Assembly (NCBI GenBank): GCA_039090665.1
Contig: JAWCSL010000009.1
Span: 1 to 32,149, forward strand
Direction: 5' to 3'
From: Candidatus Aenigmatarchaeota archaeon
GTDB taxonomy: Archaea; Aenigmatarchaeota; Aenigmatarchaeia; CG10238-14; SCSR01
DNA: 32,149 nt
The notes under the pieces were generated by a model. That model was not told the DNA's origin, did no database searches, and saw only the letters and a list, made by a program, of their open reading frames with translations. The translations under genes and the position numbers were made by a program. This document shows, in pieces, positions 18,229-27,531 of this stretch. How positions within the stretch are numbered: the stretch's first letter is position 1; each line of letters starts with the position of its first letter.

Positions 18229-19419
18229 TTAAAACCAATTCCAAAACCCTTTCTTCTCTTCTTCTCTTCTCTTCTTAAGTAGCTTTAAAACTTTTTTTGC
18301 TTCTGTTATTGCCTTTTCAACAGACTTGGCATTATTTCCAACTCCACAAGTGTTACCCACACCTACAACTAAAATTCTGCCACTTGAATTTTCTATACTT
18401 CTTTCCACCGCTTCTACTGCTATTGGAACGGCTTTCAAAACAGCTTCTGGCATTGGTTGTATAGCTTCTTCTTGTGACATTTTTATCACTATAGAATCAA
18501 GAGGAATTTTTTTCTTGGTTGCAAGCTCTTCTATATAAGCTCTATCTACACCAATCCCACCAATAGCAACTCCTACACCTTCTGCTACTTTACCTGTTTT
18601 CTCTCCTTCAAGTTTAGCAGCAGCATCAATTGTTATTATCTTATCTATTTTTCTCTTTTTCACCAATTTCTCAACAGCTCTTCCAAGCTTTCCAAGTCTT
18701 CCACCAGGACCCTTTGCTTTCATTATGATAACTTTCTTGCCTTTAATCTTTTTTTCTACCACAACAACATCTTCTTCCATTTCTCTTACTTTGCTGTTAC
18801 CAATCAATTTTGCTGCAATCATACAACCAACACCATCCCCAATCGGCCAACCATTTGTTAAAGCTTCTGTACCTTGAAGTAAAGCTTTGGAAATTCTTTC
18901 TATCAAAGGCAGTTGCATTTCCAATACCATACCAAGTTGCAAGTTCTTGGTTTTTCTCACAACTTCAACATAATGTCTGACTATCTTAGCTAGTTGATTT
19001 AAACTTATGGCTCCACTTAGTCCCATCATCAAGTTGGCTTGTTCTTCTTTGTTTAAGCTAGGCGCTATACTTTTCACAAAAACTTTAAATTTTTCTTCAG
19101 AGAGATTTGAGATGTGTTCCAACTTCTTGATTATACCATAAGGATCCAAGCTAACAGGCTCTATCATGAAGAATTCAAGAAAGTTGTCAATTTTTTCTTT
19201 CAAGTTTTTCCCATTTCTTTTCGGAATTTTTTTCATCACTATGTTCTTTGCTTTTGTTGTTAGGTTTTCGAGCATGGTTGCAGATTTCTCTAACTTCCAT
19301 AAAAGTTGGGAGACCATTAATCTTGGATAAAAGTTAAAGAAGATTATCAAGATTATGAGCCAGATTAAGTTAGACCAGATGTCTCCACCAAACTGGAATA
19401 AGTTAGCCATAAAACTCAC
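18229..19419 (-). CDS. DUF1512-like conserved archaeal protein
   Basis: N-terminal TM helix, PIGDGVG, IDAAAKLEGE.TG.VAEGVGVAIGG.G and GVGNT motifs. Confidence 0.75.
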   Translation of the reverse strand: MSFMANLFQFGGDIWSNLIWLIILIIFFNFYPRLMVSQLLWKLEKSATMLENLTTKAKNIVMKKIPKRNGKNLKEKIDNFLEFFMIEPVSLDPYGIIKKLEHISNLSEEKFKVFVKSIAPSLNKEEQANLMMGLSGAISLNQLAKIVRHYVEVVRKTKNLQLGMVLEMQLPLIERISKALLQGTEALTNGWPIGDGVGCMIAAKLIGNSKVREMEEDVVVVEKKIKGKKVIIMKAKGPGGRLGKLGRAVEKLVKKRKIDKIITIDAAAKLEGEKTGKVAEGVGVAIGGIGVDRAYIEELATKKKIPLDSIVIKMSQEEAIQPMPEAVLKAVPIAVEAVERSIENSSGRILVVGVGNTCGVGNNAKSVEKAITEAKKVLKLLKKRREEEKKGFWNWF

Positions 19420-19482
19420 TATAAGAAGATTGGCATCAAGAGTATTTATTTTTGTTTTGATAAATAAATTTTTAGTGAAATA

Positions 19483-20148
19483 ATGAAATGGAGGCTTTTG
19501 GTCATAACTGCCATTATATTAGCTATTACAGGTCTTCTTTTATTCACAGAACAAGGAAGAAAATATGCAATTTCCTTAGGAAGTATGACAAGAGGATTGG
19601 TGAGTACTTTAGGGAATTTCGTCGGCTCATTGATGAAATCCGGTCTAGCAAAAGAATTTAGTGCTGAGCTAGAATTGAACAAAGAAGCAATTTATGGACA
19701 AAAGTTCCAGTTTTCAGGTGCAGAGCTTAAGGCATCTGGCCAAATCTTGAGTATGAAGATAGATGGAAAAAATTGGGAAGTAAGCGAGAAGATTAAGTTT
19801 GAAATAGTTGGAAGTGGAGAAATTTCTTTTAAGAACGATGGTAAACTAAACTTAAAGGCAGACGCAAGCTTAGCGAAATTCAACTCTTGGAAAACAAGCG
19901 ACATTAAAATAGAGATAGAAATGTCTCCAGAAAGCTTTTCGATGGATAATGCTAAATGTGATTTCATCAAAATTAACTCGGCTTCAGGCAAGGTCAAAAA
20001 ACAATTAGAAGATATGGAACTTACAGTGAATTTCACTCAAGCCAATTTGAAATTAGAAGGTTTTCAAGGAAACATAATCTTTGATAATGAAGAATTAAAA
20101 TTAAAAGGAACAGCAACTAACTTAGAAATCAATGGAAAGAAAATTTGA
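19483..20148 (+). CDS. Hypothetical membrane-anchored beta-rich protein
   Basis: N-terminal signal/TM helix and alternating beta-strand pattern. Confidence 0.7.
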   Translation: MKWRLLVITAIILAITGLLLFTEQGRKYAISLGSMTRGLVSTLGNFVGSLMKSGLAKEFSAELELNKEAIYGQKFQFSGAELKASGQILSMKIDGKNWEVSEKIKFEIVGSGEISFKNDGKLNLKADASLAKFNSWKTSDIKIEIEMSPESFSMDNAKCDFIKINSASGKVKKQLEDMELTVNFTQANLKLEGFQGNIIFDNEELKLKGTATNLEINGKKI

Positions 20149-20156
20149 GGTGAGTT

Positions 20157-20615
20157 ATGATGAGAATGAAAGAACGTAAGAGAATAGAAAGACCTACTGT
20201 AGCCCTTTTTGTCGATGGACCCAACATGCTCAGGAAAGAGTTCATGGTTGACTTGAGAGAACTCAGGAAAAGGTGTGAAAAGTATGGCAGAGTTATAATA
20301 GCAAAAGTTTTCTTGAATCAATTCGCTCCCGAGAAGCTAATAGAAGCTATAATAAATGAGGGGTTTGAATCTGTGATGGTTTTGGCAGAAAAAGAAGAGG
20401 GGGCAAGCGATGTTGATGTTAGCTTGGCTGTTTCAGCAATCGAAACTTTGTTAACAAAGAATGTTGATGTGATAGCAATAGCCACAAGAGATGCAGACTT
20501 TTTGCCAGTGGTGTTGAAAGCAAAAGAATATGGAAAGAAAGTTGTAGTACTTGGAGTTGAACCAGGTTTTTCAGTGAGCATAAGAAACGCAGCTGACTAT
20601 GTGGAGAATTTGTAA
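20157..20615 (+). CDS. NYN-domain (PIN-like) protein, TIGR00288-like
   Basis: FVDGPNMLRKEF, DVDV, TRDADFLP and ADY motifs; GAGGTGA SD. Confidence 0.88.
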   Translation: MMRMKERKRIERPTVALFVDGPNMLRKEFMVDLRELRKRCEKYGRVIIAKVFLNQFAPEKLIEAIINEGFESVMVLAEKEEGASDVDVSLAVSAIETLLTKNVDVIAIATRDADFLPVVLKAKEYGKKVVVLGVEPGFSVSIRNAADYVENL

Positions 20616-20737
20616 AGTTAAATGTTTTGAAAGTCTAAAAAAATTTTGTTCCAACTTTCATAAAAATTTTTTCAATAAATTGTTGTTAAAATATTTATTC
20701 ATTAAAGACTAAAAGTAAATATCGGAGGTGATGTTTA

Positions 20738-21052
20738 GTGGGTTTCCTTAAGAGACTTTTAAGCAAAGAAGAGCCTGTAGAGTTGCCAGTAGAAGAAGAA
20801 CCAATTCAACCTATTTATGTGAGAATAGAGAACTTGAAAGATTTTGTTGATATAGAAAGGATAACAAAGCTTGTGAGAGAAGGCAATATTGTCTTCTTGA
20901 AGACTAAGGAGCTTCAAAGAACCGACTTAGGAGAATTTCAGAATTGTGTTCAAAAGCTGAAAAGAATTTCAAACCAGTATGGGTTTGACATAGCAGGAAC
21001 TGAAGAAGGTTATCTTGTAGTTACACCAAGCTTTGCAAAAATTGTTAGATGA
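20738..21052 (+). CDS. sepF: Cell division protein SepF (archaeal type)
   Basis: Amphipathic MGFLKRLL N-terminus, GNIV, GFDIAG...VVTP; GGAGGTGA SD at 20724-20731. Confidence 0.85.
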   Translation: MGFLKRLLSKEEPVELPVEEEPIQPIYVRIENLKDFVDIERITKLVREGNIVFLKTKELQRTDLGEFQNCVQKLKRISNQYGFDIAGTEEGYLVVTPSFAKIVR

Positions 21053-21053
21053 T

Positions 21054-22364
21054 TTACCATAATTTGAAGAAATCGTGAAGTTTTCTTTGATAGAGTAATT
21101 TTTGTAAGAGATTGCTGTTTTGAACCCAGTCCTTCATTCTGATTTCCAGTTTTGTTGAAATGTAAGTAAGAGCTTCTGAAAGTAAATTGAATTTTAATGG
21201 TTTTTTCTTCAATGTTTCCCTCACATTTTCCCTCACATTCCAAACACCTACCGGCAAGATATAGCCAGGATGAGCTTCCCTAAAAATTATCACCCCAGCT
21301 TGCCTTTTTTCTTTTTCAAGATATTCACTCACTGCAAGCCTAGCAGCATAGTAGCAACCACCTATCTCAGCATAAGTGCTTCTTCCTTCAAATCCTTCTG
21401 AACTTGAGTAAATCGCAACCTCTTTTCCTTCAGGATTCCAAGTTGTTTTTGGATACCAAGCTTCTATAAGCTCATATTGCCATAAAGAAGGGATCATCAA
21501 TATTATCCAACGATTGTCTAGGGCAACATGCTCATAAACCCTAAACTCATTTATCAAGGGAAATGTTTTGACTTCTTCTAAAAGTTTCTGTGAAATTATG
21601 GTATCCACAGCAGTTATACTCCATCTTGTTGGAACAAATTTTCTATTCTTTTTTTGGCCAAACAAGCCTGCAGAAAAAGCTCTTTGAATTTTTGAAATTA
21701 AAACACCTTTAGAATAAAGCCAAACCACTGCTTCAGTTGCTTTCCAGTCTGTGTCAAAAAAAGCCTTCTCTATTTTATGGTCAGTCTTGATTGAAGTTAA
21801 CTCAAGATTTTTTAAAGGAGCTGAAGGACCATAAGGTTGAACTTCATCATCAAGGACTAAAGTTCCAGAAGGTTTTTTCAAGAATTCTGCATTTGCTTCA
21901 GCCGGAGTTTTAGAAAGAGCTAGCTCTCTTGTTAGTTCAACTATTTTGTTTTTTTCCAAATCTTTAACATGAACGCGATACTTGCCTCTAACAAGCTGGG
22001 AACGGAAATCAACAATCTCTTCTATTGTTTTGTCATGCCAAAGCTCTGGTGTGCCCAAAAGAAAAGTGTTTCCTTTGATTGGAGGAATTAAAGGACCAAT
22101 GCTGACCCAGGGATATCCTATTCTACCAATGAACAAATCCGGGGGCGAAGATCCTTCTAAATTTAGATTTTCTATCAGAGGCTTTGCTTTAACTTGGGAA
22201 TAAAATCTCACCATCACAGGACATCTTGCTTTGCCGCATAGAAGCTTAGCTCCTCTGCACAAAATACATCTCACATCTTTAGCAACAGTTTTTATTTCAG
22301 TTGAACTAAGCTCTACCAAAACTTTTTTATCATCTATTAGCTTGGAAAGCCAAAGATTTTGCAT
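21054..22364 (-). CDS. nreA: Nre family DNA repair protein
   Basis: CxxCRG.KLLCG...CP zinc motif, GSSPP..F.GR.GYP, VPTRWSITAVD, GGCYYAARLAV, and C-terminal PIP box QRKLHDFF. Confidence 0.9.
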   Translation of the reverse strand: MQNLWLSKLIDDKKVLVELSSTEIKTVAKDVRCILCRGAKLLCGKARCPVMVRFYSQVKAKPLIENLNLEGSSPPDLFIGRIGYPWVSIGPLIPPIKGNTFLLGTPELWHDKTIEEIVDFRSQLVRGKYRVHVKDLEKNKIVELTRELALSKTPAEANAEFLKKPSGTLVLDDEVQPYGPSAPLKNLELTSIKTDHKIEKAFFDTDWKATEAVVWLYSKGVLISKIQRAFSAGLFGQKKNRKFVPTRWSITAVDTIISQKLLEEVKTFPLINEFRVYEHVALDNRWIILMIPSLWQYELIEAWYPKTTWNPEGKEVAIYSSSEGFEGRSTYAEIGGCYYAARLAVSEYLEKEKRQAGVIIFREAHPGYILPVGVWNVRENVRETLKKKPLKFNLLSEALTYISTKLEIRMKDWVQNSNLLQKLLYQRKLHDFFKLW

Positions 22365-22423
22365 AATAAAAGATAAGAGTTAAATATATACTTAGGTTTT
22401 GGAAGCAGATTTCCGCGATTTCC

Positions 22424-23227
22424 ATGATAGTAAAAGAAATTAAATGCAAGTCTTTGTTGAATGAAAGCAAGCTAGCTGATTACTGCATCAATTGCTATAT
22501 TGGTTGCGAACATGCTTGCAAGTATTGCTATGCTGATAGCATAACAAGAAAGTTTGCTTCACACAAAGAAGCTTGGGGGGAATTCATTGATGTTAAAATT
22601 AACGCACCAGAAATTTTGAAAAGAGAAATTTCAAGGAAGAAAAAAGGCAAAGTTTTCTTGAGTAGCTTGACAGACCCTTACCAACCGTTAGAGAAAAAGT
22701 ATCAGCTTACGAGAAAATGCTTGGAAATTTTGTTGAGGTATCAATTTCCAATCATAATTCAAACAAAGTCGAGCTTAATCTTGAGAGATTTGGATTTGTT
22801 AAAGAAATTCGAAAGCTGCGAGGTTGGCTTCACAATAACAACTTTGGATGAAGAAATAAGAAAAAAATTTGAGCCAAATTCTTCTTCAGTTGAAGAGAAG
22901 CTTGAAGCAATAAAAGCTTTGAAAGAAAATGGGATTTTTGTCTATGTTTTTTTCGGGCCAGTCTTGCCTTATCTTTCTGATAAAGATCTAGAGGAATATT
23001 TTGAGAAAATGGTTGAGCTTAAAGTGAATGAAGTTTGGATTGATAAGTTGAATTTGAAGCCTGGAGTTTGGGAGTCTTTGCAAAAAGTTTTGGAAAGAAA
23101 TTATCCCAAGCTTTTGGAAAAGTGGAAAGAAATTTTATTTTCTAAAAACAATTATTGGAAAGAGTTGAAAGAAAAAATTAGAAAAATTTGTGAAGAAAAG
23201 AAAATTAAACATGTTTTCTGCTATTGA
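22424..23227 (+). CDS. Radical SAM protein, spore photoproduct lyase-related (SplB-like)
   Basis: N.YIGCEHACKYCYA, SSLTDPYQPLE, TKS and FEP motifs. Confidence 0.88.
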   Translation: MIVKEIKCKSLLNESKLADYCINCYIGCEHACKYCYADSITRKFASHKEAWGEFIDVKINAPEILKREISRKKKGKVFLSSLTDPYQPLEKKYQLTRKCLEILLRYQFPIIIQTKSSLILRDLDLLKKFESCEVGFTITTLDEEIRKKFEPNSSSVEEKLEAIKALKENGIFVYVFFGPVLPYLSDKDLEEYFEKMVELKVNEVWIDKLNLKPGVWESLQKVLERNYPKLLEKWKEILFSKNNYWKELKEKIRKICEEKKIKHVFCY

Positions 23228-23270
23228 TGTTTTGAGAATTTATTTTTTGAATAAAAAGTAGAAAAGGTAG

Positions 23271-23642
23271 ATCAAAACCACGAAAGAAAAATTGGCAAAA
23301 GCCACCCCATTCTGCAGTTTTGTCAAAGATGCTCCTGTTGTTTTGGTTATAGCTGCTAAGCCTACCATACTCGCAAAATTTTGGGTTGAAGATTGTTCGA
23401 TTCTTGCAGAAAACATTTACCTTGAAGCCACGAATCAAGGTTTAGGAACTTGATTTTGCCAAATAATGGGAGCTAAGACTGTTTTCTTGAAAGATAGTGA
23501 AGAGTATGTGAGAGAAGTTATAAAAGCTCCTGAGAAAGTTAGAATTCTCTGCTTGATGCCTTTGGGCTATCCTGCTGAGAAAAAAATACCGCATACTATG
23601 AAAGAATTTGATCAGAAAAAGATTCATTGGGAAAATTGGTGA
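23271..23642 (+). pseudogene. Nitroreductase pseudogene (5'-truncated, internal TGA)
   Basis: Frame reads KEKLAKATPFCSFVKDAPVVLV...WVEDCSILAENIYLEATNQGLGT*FCQI...LMPLGYPAE...KIHWENW, with TGA at 23451-23453. The N-terminal RRSIR and APS motifs are missing. Confidence 0.8.
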
Positions 23643-23647
23643 AGGTT

Positions 23648-23803
23648 TTAAGTAAGTTTATATTTTTCAATAGAATAAACATCTTCAGGTTCCCAAGGAT
23701 TTTCTTCTTCACCATCTTCTTCGGTTCTATCTAAAGAAATTTCTCCAAAATATTTTTCAACAGGATCTTCTCTAATATCGGTTGTGTATCCAACCATATT
23801 CAT
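23648..23803 (-). CDS. Small acidic hypothetical protein, 51 aa, absent from the ORF track
   Basis: MNMVGYTTDIREDPVEKYFGEISLDRTEEDGEEENPWEPEDVYSIEKYKLT starts 8 bp after the preceding ORF on the same strand. Confidence 0.5.
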   Translation of the reverse strand: MNMVGYTTDIREDPVEKYFGEISLDRTEEDGEEENPWEPEDVYSIEKYKLT

Positions 23804-23811
23804 CTAAAATT

Positions 23812-24057
23812 TTAACTTACATGTTTAAATTTTTTTAACACTTGCTCTAATTCTTCCATATTGTTGCAATTCATCAAACATTCTTCTACTTTTTCTTTTC
23901 CCACTTTTTCTTTTACAGATTCCATTAACTTTTTTAATCGCATAACCTCTCTATCAAATTCATCTTGTGCTGAAGACTCGTCTTGAGTTGCAATAAAATA
24001 ATAATAAGCAGTTCCCATAACCAGAATATCTTTTTTAATTTTCTCCAAAAATTTCAA
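23812..24057 (-). CDS. Hypothetical helical protein
   Basis: 81-aa ORF whose TTG start overlaps the upstream TGA stop (TTGA). Confidence 0.6.
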   Translation of the reverse strand: MKFLEKIKKDILVMGTAYYYFIATQDESSAQDEFDREVMRLKKLMESVKEKVGKEKVEECLMNCNNMEELEQVLKKFKHVS

Positions 24058-24281
24058 ATGTTTTTCATATTTTTGAGAGCCCTTTTATAATTCTCAACAA
24101 CTCTAGATCTTGTATAAAAATAATCTAATCTTGCAGCAATCTCTCTTGATGATTGAGTATAACCACAAATCACTATGTTGTAAGGCAGGCCTAGAAATAT
24201 GCCAGGAAAGTATGCAACATCATTTTCATGGCTCATATCAACAACATTGTAGAAAAAAAGTATTACCAACCCTCTCAACAA
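24054..24281 (-). CDS. Hypothetical protein (start may be the ATG at 24236)
   Basis: Part of a chain of abutting minus-strand ORFs. Confidence 0.45.
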   Translation of the reverse strand: MLRGLVILFFYNVVDMSHENDVAYFPGIFLGLPYNIVICGYTQSSREIAARLDYFYTRSRVVENYKRALKNMKNI

Positions 24282-24468
24282 AATATTTTTTAGTTAAAGC
24301 TATTTCTCCAATTTTTTCTTTAATTCCTGGTAAGTCTGCTTTTTGTTCTTGCCCCGTTGCTTTTGTACCTAATTCAATTAATTTTAAACAATTGTAAAGC
24401 TCCCAAAGTAGAAGCGTTTCTTCTTGGTTTGGGTTTATCAATTTCTTCACCCTTCTCTTACTTTTCAA
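24238..24468 (-). CDS. Hypothetical protein
   Basis: 76-aa ORF with Lys/Glu-rich composition like neighbouring genes. Confidence 0.45.
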   Translation of the reverse strand: MKSKRRVKKLINPNQEETLLLWELYNCLKLIELGTKATGQEQKADLPGIKEKIGEIALTKKYFVERVGNTFFLQCC

Positions 24469-24512
24469 ATATTCTCTTTTAACTTTTTGTTCAGATGGTT
24501 TTCTAGTTCTAC

Positions 24513-24869
24513 TTACTGGGATGACTCACTATATTTCTCTGCTTCTGGTGTTAGAATGTTATAGAGGTTTATATATAACTTCTCCAACTCTTGTACTTCT
24601 TTATCGTCACCATATCGGCTACGTAATGTTGAAATTAATCTTTTTATTTGGGTTGCCAATTTTGGTACTCCTTTATATTGTTGAAGTGTTCGTATAATTT
24701 TTTCTTCATCCTTACCTATAAGAGGAACGTTATCTTCATATAACGCCTTTTCTACTTGTTGTAGTACTTCTACTCCCTTTTTTAGATTACCCAGTCTCAT
24801 TGCACGCTCTGCTTGTTGGAGTAAATTTGATAGTCGAACATAGTTTTTTATTTCTTCCTCAAACACCAT
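24513..24869 (-). CDS. Hypothetical all-helical protein
   Basis: 118-aa ORF with a TGGTGA SD upstream of the ATG. Confidence 0.7.
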   Translation of the reverse strand: MVFEEEIKNYVRLSNLLQQAERAMRLGNLKKGVEVLQQVEKALYEDNVPLIGKDEEKIIRTLQQYKGVPKLATQIKRLISTLRSRYGDDKEVQELEKLYINLYNILTPEAEKYSESSQ

Positions 24870-24883
24870 TTTTTCACCATTAA

Positions 24884-24977
24884 TTACTTAAAAGTAGTAA
24901 TATTAAATTTTTTCTCTAGTTTAAAACATATCTTTGAGTAAATAAATCTTTAAATATACCACTACTAAGTAGTAATA
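24884..24977. promoter_or_regulatory. Divergent promoter region with a repeated operator-like motif
   Basis: AAGTAGTAATA at 24892-24902 and 24967-24977; perfect inverted repeat ACTACT-A-AGTAGT at 24961-24973; TTTAAATA at 24949-24956. Confidence 0.45.
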
Positions 24978-24979
24978 AT

Positions 24980-25510
24980 ATGGTGAAAAAAATGGAAGAA
25001 CTACCACGAGCAGATTTGTACCTGTTAGAAAAAGCAGAAAAAATAGTGAAGGATTTGAAAAAAAGAGGGTTCCCCGAGACACAAATAGTTTTCCAAAACA
25101 ACAGAACACCTGAAGCGGTATTGATAACCCTTCCTTGGTATTTAGACCACATTCACGAGGATCATCTAAGGTTCTTCATTAACTACTTGGCCAGAAGACT
25201 AAAAAGTAGTAATATGCTAAAGGAGATAGAAGTATGGCATGAGGAAAAAGATTCAGAGATGATCGACTATTACATCTGTGAGGTTATATATCATCCTGAC
25301 AGAAGTGTAAGAGATGTTTTAATGAAAATTTATACCATCGAAAAACCGTTCACAGAAGAAGGAGAAACAATAGTAACAATCCCTCTGCGCCAAGCAGACC
25401 ATCCTTTGGTCAGCAACATCCTGGATTTCCTTCAAAATTATCCGAAAAATAAAAAAAGGTACTCGTGGGAATATGAAAAAGCCTTGAAAGAAATATACGC
25501 GCAAGTATAA
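24980..25510 (+). CDS. Hypothetical protein
   Basis: 176-aa ORF with a TATA-like box about 25 bp upstream. Confidence 0.7.
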   Translation: MVKKMEELPRADLYLLEKAEKIVKDLKKRGFPETQIVFQNNRTPEAVLITLPWYLDHIHEDHLRFFINYLARRLKSSNMLKEIEVWHEEKDSEMIDYYICEVIYHPDRSVRDVLMKIYTIEKPFTEEGETIVTIPLRQADHPLVSNILDFLQNYPKNKKRYSWEYEKALKEIYAQV

Positions 25511-25580
25511 AGCAAACAGTAACATCAAAACCTCGAATTACTTTGTAACTTTTTTCTTTTTAAAATTGTGAGAGGCTTTT

Positions 25581-26345
25581 TTATTTTTTCTTGAACAAAA
25601 AGTAAAACAAAACTACTAAAAGCATAGAAGCTATAATCAAGTAAGATGCTGAAACACTTGGTTGAGCTAAAAACATTCCTTGTGTTGAAAAATCGACTAA
25701 ATGGAAAAATGCCAGAAAGCTTAGTAAGAACAACGAAATAAGAATAGGTAAATAAATTTTTACTTGTTCTTTTTCTTTTTGTTTCTTTGTTTCTTTTTGT
25801 TTCTGCTCTTCATAATTTAGTATACCAATTTTCTTTAAAAACTTGTATCCTATTTCTGCTATTGATTTAATATTCTCATACACTTCTACAAGATTCGCAG
25901 CTAAATCTATAAGACTTTGGTAAGTTTCCTTAAACTTTTCGTATTTTCCAATTTTTTCACATACTTTTGCTCTTTCTTCATCTAACTTCCTCACCAAATG
26001 TTGAATATATAGCATTCTCAATGTTAGATATGGATCTATTCTTACTACCTTATCCCCCATCCTGTAATAAGGCTTTTCTTCTCCTCTTATGCAGCTTTCT
26101 AGCCAAGATAAAGCTGCTGGATCTTTTCCATGTCTGAAAACCCAGTCTGTTTCTGATGGATATTGTGTGAATAAATCCTTCAAAGTAGGCAAAATTTTCC
26201 TCTCAAAATCAGTATCGATATTCTTTAACTTCTCTACATCTCCCTTTTCAAACAAATTTATAATTTGAGTTAAAGACGATTCTAATTTCTTCAATTGGTC
26301 TCTTAGGCTTTCGGTCATTAAATAATTTGTAGGTCTTCGGATCAT
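25581..26345 (-). CDS. Hypothetical helical protein with two C-terminal TM segments
   Basis: 254-aa ORF with a charged linker and two hydrophobic helices ending in KKK. Confidence 0.7.
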   Translation of the reverse strand: MIRRPTNYLMTESLRDQLKKLESSLTQIINLFEKGDVEKLKNIDTDFERKILPTLKDLFTQYPSETDWVFRHGKDPAALSWLESCIRGEEKPYYRMGDKVVRIDPYLTLRMLYIQHLVRKLDEERAKVCEKIGKYEKFKETYQSLIDLAANLVEVYENIKSIAEIGYKFLKKIGILNYEEQKQKETKKQKEKEQVKIYLPILISLFLLSFLAFFHLVDFSTQGMFLAQPSVSASYLIIASMLLVVLFYFLFKKK

Positions 26346-26380
26346 AAATATTTGTGTCTTATATGGTTATGGTTAAAAAA

Positions 26381-27484
26381 TTAAAACGGTCTTCCCTTTC
26401 TCCTTAGTTCAAGCATGCTCGCCAAATTTCCAAGCTTACTCTTAAGATCCAAACCAAACTCTTCTACTTCTTTTTCACTTAATCTTGCTCTTAAATCAGC
26501 TTCTATAAGAACAGAAGGAAAAGCATAAGTTGAAGAGTTGCAAATCGCAAGCAAAATTGAGGAAATCTTTTGAGCCATCTCTTCCGCATTCAAGCTTGCC
26601 AAAAAATCAATTCTTATAGGCCTATCAAACTCAGCTGCTTTGAGATAAAAGCTGAAAATTTTCTTTCCAGTCTCACCAAACTCTTTTAAGATCGGATGTT
26701 TTTCAGGCTCAGAAGAATAAGAAAAAGCAAAAGTTCTTTCTCCATAGTTCAAAGCATAAGTAAGCAAGTTCGTGTCTTTTGTCTTTTCAAGTAAAACTCT
26801 AGCTTCTCTTATTTCGGGTAATAGGCTCAATTTTTCTCCTAAAATTTCACAAAATCTTGTGCCCCTACTATCTTCTATCACTCCTGCCAAAATTGTTCCA
26901 TTCTCTTCAGCCGTTAAGAAAAGCCTTTTGTAAGCTTCTATCATCTGTTGATAAATTTGAAAGAGTAAAGAAGAAGATTCTGGTCTATGTACATAATGTG
27001 GCACAATAGAACCATCTAACAAAAGCAAATCAGGCTTGAATTTTTTTATTGCTTCTGTAGCAATTTCAACTTCTATCATTTGCCGTTGCATATTTGAATT
27101 GAGCTCAAACTCAAGTTCAGAAAAAGGATCAAAAATCACATTTGGAATAGGTGAAGGCAAAGGCTCAGGATAGTAGTTTACTTGCTTAAGTTTTCCATCC
27201 TCAAAATCAAAAATCACTGCTATAGCCTTAAGTAAAATCAAGTCAATACCATGAAAAGATTCTTTTGCTAAACCTCCATCTACACCACCAATCCTTATTT
27301 TTTCCAACTTATTTTTTCCAGCTTTTATTATTATTTTTTCTTCAACCCCATCTTGACAGAAATCTACTTTTTTCAATTTTCTCAAGAATTCAGCAAGCTT
27401 TATGCGTTGATTTTCCATTTCTCTTATTTGGGTTACAAATTTTTCCATAAGCTGGAAAAAATTTTCCATAAAACTTATATTCAA
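26381..27484 (-). CDS. nurA: DNA double-strand break repair nuclease NurA
   Basis: GVDGG, LLLLDGSI and FPSVLIEAD..A motifs; start may be the ATG at 27469. Confidence 0.85.
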   Translation of the reverse strand: MNISFMENFFQLMEKFVTQIREMENQRIKLAEFLRKLKKVDFCQDGVEEKIIIKAGKNKLEKIRIGGVDGGLAKESFHGIDLILLKAIAVIFDFEDGKLKQVNYYPEPLPSPIPNVIFDPFSELEFELNSNMQRQMIEVEIATEAIKKFKPDLLLLDGSIVPHYVHRPESSSLLFQIYQQMIEAYKRLFLTAEENGTILAGVIEDSRGTRFCEILGEKLSLLPEIREARVLLEKTKDTNLLTYALNYGERTFAFSYSSEPEKHPILKEFGETGKKIFSFYLKAAEFDRPIRIDFLASLNAEEMAQKISSILLAICNSSTYAFPSVLIEADLRARLSEKEVEEFGLDLKSKLGNLASMLELRRKGRPF

Positions 27485-27531
27485 CTCAACCTACTTATTT
27501 TTATTTCACTCACAAAAGTGAGGAGTTCACG

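Noticed and set aside
23451..23453. Selenocysteine or stop-codon reassignment
   Set aside because: The gene lacks its 5' end, TGA terminates many intact genes in this window, and no SECIS-like hairpin is evident.
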